Positions 54,358-64,000 of a stretch of DNA of 64,000 nt are shown here, one piece after another. Position 1 is the stretch's first letter. Every line of letters begins with the position of its first letter. The notes beneath the pieces were generated by a model. It was not told the origin of the DNA and made no database searches. It worked only from the letters and a program-made list of their open reading frames with translations. The translations under genes and the position numbers were made by a program. The DNA comes from Octopus vulgaris (Eukaryota): positions 11,222,001 through 11,286,000 of the forward strand of contig OX597825.1 of the NCBI GenBank assembly GCA_951406725.2, read 5' to 3'.

Positions 54358-54760
54358 TGCGAATGCCCTTTGAAGATGAAGAATTTTATGGTGAACGATG
54401 TGCTGTAAGAAAACACAAGGAAAACTCCAAAGAGCGATACGAAGTTTCTTTATAGGAACGTTGACTAGTGGAAGGACGTTGGTGATAATCGTTCCAACAG
54501 TATACTGGAACTAGAGAAGCGTTCGAAAAATAACGAGAAGAGAGACTGAAGATTTCTGCTGAAAAGAAGGAAATTCGACGAAAGAACAACACCAGGACCA
54601 AATTGATTGACAGCGTCTTTAAGTGTAGCCTCTGCAGCCAGGACTGTTACTCAACATGTAAGCCTCTACAGTCACAACAGATGTTCTGCCAACAAGACTA
54701 AAAGAAGTCTTTCCAGGCGCACGGCTTTGGTCTCGCTTAACGAACCAATGCTTTCATACC
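54358..54760 (+). mobile_element. RTE-clade LINE 3' fragment with C-terminal C2H2-like motif
   Basis: RMP....FYGE......R.....W.D...NRS and terminal C..C..DC.S..SLYSH.R.C; decayed. Confidence 0.65.
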
Positions 54761-55489
54761 AGATAACAACAAACCCCTTAACTGTCACACACTAAGATTA
54801 CCAATATATTGCAGATAATCTGCCACAAAATGTTGAAAATGTTAAGATTAAAATATTGAATAGTTTATTCAGCTGAGGTTCCGACTGGTTTCCAAATCGG
54901 AATATTTGATGCACGGACATATTAGAGGCACCCAGCACCAATTTCAGCAGCGCATATTCACGAACAAAGATTTTTTTTAATGCATTAAAGCATGTAATAC
55001 AAGACCAACGTAGGGCGGTGGGTTGGCAGAATCGTTACTGTGCCGGACAAAATGCTTAATAGCATTTCGTTCGTCTTTATGTTTTGGGTTCAAATTCCGC
55101 CGAGGTCGATTCTGCCTTTCATCCCTTTGGGATCGGTGAAATAAGTACCAGTTGAGCATTTGCTGGCTTTGTGCCAAAATTTAAAGCAGATATAGGGCCC
55201 AACTTCTCATGTCGAATGCGGGGAGATATTTCTTTTAATAAAAAATTGCATCTTATATGCCATCAAATACGAACATTTCTGTTTGTCTTGGTACAAACAT
55301 ATCTCGTTGTATTAGCGGTATTAGTTTAACCAAAATGCATTACTAGGGCATATTTTCTATGGCATGTAGGATTAAAAGATAGGATTGATCTGGGTGGAAT
55401 TTGAATTTAGAACATAAAAATTAAAAATAGTGCACAGCATTAGTTAAAGTCTATGTTTTTACATCTAGCTACCCGTTCTCTTTTAGCTA

Positions 55490-55706
55490 AATATTGATTT
55501 TAAATTTTGGCGCAAGGCCAGCAATTTTGGGAGAGGGGCTAAGTCGATTATATTGATCTCAGTGCTTCGCTGGTACTTATTTTATTGACCCTAAAATGGT
55601 TGAAAGGCTGAAACGATCTTGGTGGAATTTGAACACACGACGTAAAAACAGACGAAATACCTATTTCTTTACTACCCACAAGGGGCTGAATACAGAGAGG
55701 ACCAAC
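55490..55706 (-). mobile_element. Chimeric SINE-B: young tail fragment joined to older-tail unit
   Basis: Junction at 55660/55661. Confidence 0.7.
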
Positions 55707-56457
55707 TGTCTTGTGTCAAAATTTGAATATTTCTAACCTCATTAATATTTATCAAATCGATATGACCTCCTATAATTCCAAGAACAAATAGCACTTGTGT
55801 TTCTGAAGAACATGCTGCGTTGTAAGACAGAAAGGAAATAATCTTATGAATAGGAAGTGATCTACATGAAAGACAGATTTATTATGGAAAATTACACAAG
55901 TCATAAGAACATTCCAGTTTTTGATTAGTGTTGGATCAACTAAAATGACGCATGCTACTTAACAAAAAAAAAAAAAGAAAAAAGTATTTTTTTATTATAA
56001 TTCTTCCTTTCCGCCATTTTTTTTCATTCTTAGATATTACCTTCGATGTTCATCAATGCTTTTCTATTTATTGATGGTTTTAGTCTATTTTTCTTTCGTC
56101 TATTTTCTTCCCATTAGTCTTTCATGCAACATCTTTCGTTGTTTGTCTACTTATTTTCTGTCTATAAGAATCACAGTAAGTAAATACTTAAACGTATACT
56201 ACTGTCCCCAGTGTTTTTATTTTGCTTTCACCTTCTTTATTTCTCTGTGTCTCCATTCTCTCTGTCTTCCTGCTTTTTAATTTCTTTTTCTATCTCTATC
56301 ACTGTTCCCGTTTCTCTCTGCTTTTTAATTTCTCTCTCTCTTATGTTTTCATTTTCCGTATTTTCTTCCTTCTCTCGAATAAATGGTTTTTGTTTAAATT
56401 TCCAATATCTATTTATCTAGGCCCGTATTTGTCTTTTCTTTTGTAAACCTATTTATT

Positions 56458-56500
<43 letters not shown>

Positions 56501-57410
56501 TTAATCTCTGTCATTCTTCGCTTTTATGATGTCTACGGGTTTTGTTGCTTTTCAATAAAATCATAAATACTAGGTCAATTGACAAGGGAAAGTCGTCTGT
56601 TGTATCCACCCAACCCAAAAACAATTCTATGGAATTCAAAGACCTACAATACAAACATGATGAACAATAAAAAAAACGAAAGGAATCTGTAAATGGCATC
56701 TGAAGAACTGGGAAAGATGTTAAAATAATAAACGAAAGATGTTAAGTTTTCCACGAAAGTGAGGAAGTCACTGATTAATTTCTGGAAAAAAAGACAAATA
56801 AAAAAATAGTAAAATCACACCAAAACATACAAAAAAACCAAACAAACTAAAAAAAAGTAAAAAATTTCGTTGAATAATTTTTCTTTGCTATTTCTTTAAC
56901 TATTCACCAAAAAACTAAAACTTGACTGAAAACAGATGGTGTTGAGATGCAAAAATCTTGTTTACGGATAAGTTTTTTTTCCCTTCGATTCTGTTCTGAG
57001 AGTTTCCCCATTCACAATCTCAATAAATATCAATAAGTAGTTCGCGTTTAGATTTTCTGAATACTTTTTCAGATTTATTTCTACGATTATAAAAACAAAA
57101 ACAAAAACAAACTGTGTGTGACACAGGAATTATGTTTACTATTAGATTAAAATCAAATCTTGTTTTCAAATTTTTTTCAAACTCTGTGACTGATTTCTGC
57201 AAGATGGAAAAAATATTTCCATAACTTATTCAAAACTCAGTGTTTAGTGATAAGGTATTCACCTCTTCACTTCCACCGCAAAGATCCGACACATACGCAC
57301 ACGCATACAAACCTACATACACTTAGAGACACCAAGAGTAATTATATTCGAAATAATTAAAGAACTTCTAAATGAAACGATGATTATTCTAGATAACTGG
57401 TGAAACTCTA

Positions 57411-57765
57411 AACGAGGTTAATGCCAAGCTTTCGCATGAAACAAGGAGGGAGTCTCTCCATGAGACATTCTCAGAACTTCTATATGAAGAGGTGAGAAAA
57501 TCTGTGTAGGAGGCAAAGACGTATGCAGCAGACGGCTTTTCCTTGTCTGGTCTGTTATTTATGATCTTATTGAAAAGCAACGAATCCTGTACACATCATA
57601 AAAGCAAAGAATGATAAAGATTTTTAAAAATGGTTGATGATGGACATGAAGCAATGAAAGAACCGCTACAGGAAACAACGAAGGATCTTCTACATGAAAC
57701 AACGTGTGAAACTATATGAGTTAACGAGGAAGTCTTTATATGAGACAATGAAAGAATCTCTACGT
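57411..57765. repeat. Highly degenerate 24-bp minisatellite, two blocks
   Basis: Units such as atgaagcaatgaaagaaccgctac / aggaaacaacgaaggatcttctac / atgagacaatgaaagaatctctac. Confidence 0.6.
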
Positions 57766-57813
57766 GATTGTTCAGTCTGCGAGAAATATCAGCAAAATAT
57801 CCCTCATATCACA

Positions 57814-58032
57814 ATATATATTAATATAAGAGGGAAATTTTTTTAACCACAATGTGGAAACCCTTATGCTAGAAGAAGATCCGCTATGGTCTTAACCACA
57901 AAGAATTGTTCTCTGGTGTGCTAAATTTTCTGGAGAACAATTCTTAGTGGTTAAGACCATAGCGGATCTTCTTCTAGCATAAGGGTTTCCACATTGTGGT
58001 TAAAAAAATTTCCCTCTTATACTAATATATAT
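57814..58032. repeat. Near-perfect palindrome, ~100-bp arms, 19-nt spacer
   Basis: Arms 57814-57913 and 57933-58032 differ at about 2 positions. Confidence 0.95.
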
Positions 58033-58149
58033 ATATTATATTTACATATCAAACGGTTTCGCTTGTACTAATCATGACTAAGGGATGATGTTACAATTCC
58101 ATAAATATACACGTACACATATGTATATGTGTAAGTATGTATACTTATA

Positions 58150-58199
<50 letters not shown>

Positions 58200-58483
58200 A
58201 TGTATATATTTATATGAATATACATGTATATCGTTGCTATTATGTTAAACTGCTGAATGCCAAAATTTGGCCAAATGCGTTTTCTTCAATATTTATTTTT
58301 GCTTACCATAGCCGGTTCTTTTGGTCAGACTATCGTTTCTCCAGTTGCTTCAGATGCCAAGATATCAAAAATTGTGAAAGTGTAGTACAGCGGTTTTGCT
58401 ATGGAATGGCGAAACTATTTATTCGTTTTCTGAAAAAGCAATATTTTGGACTTACGACACCTTTGTATAATAATAGCAACGAT

Positions 58484-58516
<33 letters not shown>

Positions 58517-58626
58517 TAATTTTTGAATTTTATATTTCATATTTTGTATATTATATTAATTTTATTTCTATGTTTTGGTTTATGTTTTTCACTGTTTGAT
58601 TTGCCTAATAGTGGTTTTATCTCTAA

Positions 58627-58663
<37 letters not shown>

Positions 58664-58673
58664 ACATATGAAA

Positions 58674-58712
<39 letters not shown>

Positions 58713-58915
58713 ACATATGAAAATGGAGAAATACATCGAAATCAAATATCGATTACCAGATAATACTCAATCACATACTTTATTAAACCACTACATAAGA
58801 AACTATAAGGTTAAACATAGTAATGCAGGGTAAAACAGTGTACATGAAGGAGTGTACATAAAATAGTAATGTTATACAATAAGTAGAATACGTATAATAG
58901 AACATAAATATAAGT

Positions 58916-58950
<35 letters not shown>

Positions 58951-58956
58951 ATAAAC

Positions 58957-59053
<97 letters not shown>

Positions 59054-59229
59054 CATATAAAGTAGAACATATTTATGGCCAAGGCAATTTGTATAAATGA
59101 AAGGAATATGAGCTACGAGAAATAATTCAGAGTCAGAGAGGACATATATATATATATATATATATCTTGGTTGTTCCAAAATTGTATTCATCTATACAAA
59201 GAGCAGGTGTTTGATCTGCGATAAACTTA

Positions 59230-59760
59230 AAGAAAAAGAAAAACAATCTTGGCTAAGTGGTCTTCAATTTTTAAATTAGGCATAAAAAGTGAGACAACAG
59301 CAAGAAAGTTTTATGTAAATTGTGTAATGTTGAAATCTGAGTTCACAAGAATCAATTTGAGAAAGCATACTTCTGCAGCTTAACGTAAACACGAGTGCTG
59401 TAATAAGCTCTAAACTCTAATGCGCAACAAATTAACAAACCAGCTTTTTTTCTCTAGTAACAAAATAAGAAAATTTAAACAGCTGCAAAGAGGCGAACTG
59501 ACGCAAGATTCTTATTATCAGTTGAAGGTGGTTTGAAAATGCATTAAAGGAATTATAAAGCACTTGTAGAATATTTTATCATTCACTCTTACAGAAAGAA
59601 TAAATTGAAGGCATAGGTAATCATATGTTCTTGACTTTGGGCATGTCGACTGATATTGCATGTGAAAAGACATCTCTGTGTGTGATACAATAAACTGTAT
59701 CATTTGTATGACGAAATAAAATTGTGTCACAGTTTTAAGAACTAATTGACTTTGCAAAAG
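59230..59760 (+). mobile_element. Very decayed hAT-like transposase remnant
   Basis: WL...LCKLCN......KH zinc-finger-like stretch and .D..STDIA.EK.LCV.I motif, broken by stops. Confidence 0.3.
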
Positions 59761-59874
59761 TTTTTTGGGTAATGTAAAAGTTTTTGGGTAATGTGGGAAT
59801 TAATAATTCTAAGTTTGACCCAAAAGCTATTAGCAAGTGTATTGAGTGCCACTTTCATTTCTTCATTCACTCGT

Positions 59875-60003
<129 letters not shown>

Positions 60004-63000
60004 TATACACATATATAGTGAAAAGTTCAATAAAGAAATTTTCCACGTGGCGAATAGTAGTGAAAAATATATTTTTGGGTGCTATTTTTATAAGAGAACT
60101 TCAAAGAGGATCTTTCATTGGTTTCTGTCGCTCATTGACCAGAATAAATCTATGTTCGTAGTTTTAGTGTTATTAGTAATGCTGAATAATTCTTGTGAAA
60201 TGGTTATGCAGAAACTATGTAAAATGGACGTTCGTTGAATGTTAATAAATCCAGTTTCCATGAGGAATGAAAAGCCTCACATCTTCTGCTCTTGAGCATC
60301 AACACTTTGAAAAGTTAGACTTTTATCTTTTCGATCAATTGTTTTTAAGACCTAGGACTTCGCTCTGTTTAAGTTAGTGTTAACATATTCAAAGCAATTA
60401 ATAATCTAAAAGCTAAATACAAATAATTAAACAGCGAGAAAAAAAAATAGCATCATATTCTAAATATCTCACAAATACGGAAGACAACCCCGCACAAGTT
60501 TCGCTCTGATGGTACCTCTTCGGTAAAGTATAAACTTTGCTGTACTTACTGAAGTAGCGATGAAAATTATCCAATAAATGAATAAGAATGTATATAAGGC
60601 TGGTATCAAACACTAGAATCGTTTCTAAATTATTCTTTGACGCTGTTCGTTTAGAAAATAATAGTTAAGGTGGTATTAAAACAATATTGGTGAATTACAA
60701 ATATTATTTTTTCCTCAACGTACAATTATTTCTAATTAGCTGTTTAACAATCATTCATTAATTATTATGAACTTAAGTAATATTTCCTTTATATAGATGG
60801 TGTTCCTGAATAATCAATTATAATTATCTTCTGCAAGCACTAGGGAATGGTACTTTGGAAGGTTTCAGAAATTCGTAGGGAGAAATTAGTTTCCAAAGTG
60901 AAAATTCAGAAGGGAGAAAGGAGAAAAGGGAGAAAGAAGAAATAAGAGAAAGGAAAAGAGAGAAAGAGAAAAGAGGGAAACAGAGAGAAAAGATAATAAT
61001 ATTTACAAAACGACAGAAAAGGCTAAAAAAACTGAAAAAAAAGGTTCTGCTGTTATAAACTGAAGAAAAGTAAATTTATAAAATGCATTACTCAGGGACG
61101 CATTCTGCATGAAAAGCAATAGTTAAGTTAGTGTTAAGGCAAGGAGACTTCGATCGAGATAACATAAAGGCAGGTACTCTTAGTTTAGAGGAACAGATAG
61201 TGTTCCAATCGAAGCAGAAGGAAGAAAGAGATTAAGAGATAGAGATAGACAGACAGGAAGAAATAGCGATGAAGAGACAAGGGAAAAGAGATAGAGAAGA
61301 AACTTGGGGAAAAACATGGCCTCCGTAGTCTAATTTTTATCTCCCTTTAGATGGATTTTTGTCAGCATGGATTTTTGTCAGTGAACAGGTCGCGGTCTTA
61401 AAACGACGAAAATATTTTGACAAATTAAACTTAAATGTTGAAGTGAATCGAACGGTTTTTGTGTGTTTCTTAAATGGCTTACAAACACCTTCCACGCTGC
61501 AATTGTTTTCGTTTCAGCACACGATCTCGGATCAAATCACTTGCTATGCAGGTACATCTCCGTAAATATAACGAGTTTTGTAACAATTTCAACGTCCAGC
61601 ATTATTTAGAAATCAGGAGAACGCTGACCTGGCAAAAAGTTTCAATCTAGCAACGTTATTATTATTAGAAAATATCGTCTGCCAGACAGAATTAAAAGAC
61701 GGTAATAATAATTGAATGTCAGGAACGTCGATGACTATGTGCATGATAAATGGTAGAAGTAATACCAATATCGCATGTAAAAGGCAATTACGAAATGCTT
61801 TAGGTTAGTTATTCGCAAGCTGTCTTTCTCCTCGATCGGCTGATTTGTATGATAATAGAATAACCAACTTTTTACTACAGTCACAGTAATGTGTTAGGTA
61901 TTTAAAAGTGTTTAGATTATAGAAGGGGTGAATCAGCTACTGCGCCATAATAACCGGGTATTCACTTACGACCCAATAAAAATGGAATCTGGAAATAGAT
62001 TAAAGGTTATACGACTGCGGTACTTTCAACTTAACTTCTTAGACTACGTGAAAAATTCTCTACTAAATCTTGGTCAACTTTGGATAGATTTTTAACTTCT
62101 GTGTTAGCCGCATATAATTAATAAGCAAGAAATTTGATCGTAGGCCAGATCTATAGAATTTTTGGCAACTGAGAAGAACTTTCACTCTTCTAATTGAACA
62201 ACCTTTGTACGTGCCTAAAAATATATTCTCGACTCTCCATGCATGACTACCAACCATCAGTGCTTACGTCTGTCGTATTATGGACGGATTAATAACCAGT
62301 TATTTGTTCTCAACCAAAGATTTGTGTTCTTTCTATGAGTGTCAGTAATAGCTATTGATTTACACTACTTCAGTTTAACTCTTTTGATGAAGAGCCAGAA
62401 TCTTTGTTACACTCACAATTCATTGTCATTTTTATGGCTATGGATATGTTTTGTGGGTAGATATAACCGTCTTGGTGATTCAATGAAATCTCTTATACAC
62501 GTCAGAGTTCAAATATGGCGACTATAAGTTAGAAAGTCGATCATCGATATAAAACTACATTTCCATCCTGTGTTATTTATTCTTGGTAATTCGTACTGCA
62601 GCCGAGATATACATCTAGATGGCATTAATAGTTCTATTACAGTCCAAGATACATTTGCTCTTACATATCAAAGAAACTTACATTTCCGTTTCATTTGGTA
62701 ATTCCACGTCCAGTTCTTAACACGATTCTACGCTAGCAGATATTTTTTAACGTTTTATCAGTTTCATTATTACTGAAAATGTAAAATAGAATGTTAGCTG
62801 ATGGGCATTGAATAGCGGTGCCTAGCTGGCTGAAATACACAGGTTCTTCGTCATTTTAGCAAGATTGCAGAACAATTTACTGGTATTGTTCAGACTCTAA
62901 CACATGTTACAGCCACTTACAAAATGTAACTCAATCCGACAGGCGATAAAGCAAGATATGCTATTTATACTTTATATACATGTATTGAGATATATTGATA

Positions 63001-63534
63001 TGAACAGATTATCGAATATATTTTTAGCTTCAGGTTACTCATTGTATAAACATGAATCCTGCTAGTCAAGTTACACGCTACGTTTAGCTTATTCGTTAAT
63101 AGTATCAATCAGTTCTATCTGCTCCTGCTATTAGCAAATAGGTTAAATTCCATCTTGCCAACGTTGCGTTTTGAATTCATTAATCATTATCGAACACGTT
63201 TTATTTGATTCTCATAATTATACGGGCTTATCATAAGAGGTAGACTTTGTAGAACAACTAAAGATACAGATTAATTTCTGGCATAAGTAAAGGAAATAAC
63301 TCGATGGCTACAGAATAGCAATTAAAAACGCAGTATCATAAAATTTACCCTCCTTAAAAAAAATACGATAAACTCTGTGATTGCTAAATAATGTCTTAGA
63401 TTAATACTTTCTCATGGTTTCATTGTTCTGCTTGAAAGGTGAAGTTCATTAACCGGAATGATAGTCATGGCAGGATTCGGTAATATTATTTCACCACCTC
63501 TCCTACTGAAAGACTCCATTTTAATAAATAATTA

Positions 63535-63676
63535 TCAAAGAATGAAGCATGGAATGGAGTAAGTGTTATTGAGATTAGGGTTTGTTAAGTCCAACCGTGA
63601 CAGCTGGACTGATGCCTTTGGACGTGTCGGGAATCGTAACAAATCACGAAAGAAAACATTGTCTTCTACTTCATTG
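63535..63676 (-). CDS. Candidate terminal coding exon of an unidentified minus-strand gene, ending in a CaaX box (...NTYSIPCFIL*)
   Basis: On the minus strand a long T-rich tract plus AAG precedes a 46-codon non-repetitive frame ending CFIL-stop. AATAAA (minus) lies near 63200, in repeat-poor downstream sequence. Confidence 0.35.
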
Positions 63677-64000
63677 CTTTTGAAACGAAAGAAACACACA
63701 AAAAACACAAACATTGTCCTTACATTCAAACTCTCCATCTTTCTCTAATAAAATTTGCGTGTACCCATAATTGTTATTTATAAGGAGAAAACCATAAACA
63801 ATTAGTCAAGATGGTAAGGGAGAGGCCGATTGGAGAAAACCACCAGAAAAACAGAAGATAATGGAGAATTTTATTTGCAACAGGTGACAGTCAAGATAAA
63901 ATCTCTCTATATATAAACGGCAGTTTGTCTGTGCGTGTTTCTGTGCGTCTGTTTGCTTGTACCCTCACTCTGACCACGGCTTTCAACCGATTCTGATGAA

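Noticed and set aside
56644-56781. Minus-strand acceptor followed by a hydrophobic 45-codon frame (…FLSFFLLFIMFVL*)
   Set aside because: Hydrophobicity is explained by T-rich low-complexity sequence; no linked exon or homology.

Overview
Eukaryotic, AT-rich, repeat- and microsatellite-dense DNA, most consistent with an octopus (coleoid cephalopod) genome. The only confidently identifiable host gene is the 3' part of the molluscan p53/p63/p73-family gene on the + strand. It has three GT-AG exons (9386-9598, 11568-11661, 14886-15134) encoding the linker, SAM domain and C-terminal TID/HOMO-like segment, and possibly the end of a SAM-less alternative last exon at 1-43. A candidate CaaX-ending last exon of a second, minus-strand gene lies at 63535-63676. 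The rest is several tRNA-derived SINE families (arbitrarily labelled A-E here), decayed mariner/Tc1, hAT, piggyBac-type, Helitron-like and Penelope-like elements, LINE fragments (R4/Dong, CRE, Tx1/L1, RTE) and long simple repeats, including a 3.5-kb (TAA/TGA)n array. The most notable observations are: (1) a SINE that repeatedly forms multimers through one exact junction in an RNA stem-loop; (2) long fold-back hairpins beside the SAM-isoform splice acceptor and in the 3' UTR; (3) minimal hammerhead-like motifs; (4) a Dong-like element abutting its known TAA target array; (5) a CpG-depletion boundary near 27 kb. All family calls are from motif recognition by eye; no searches were run.
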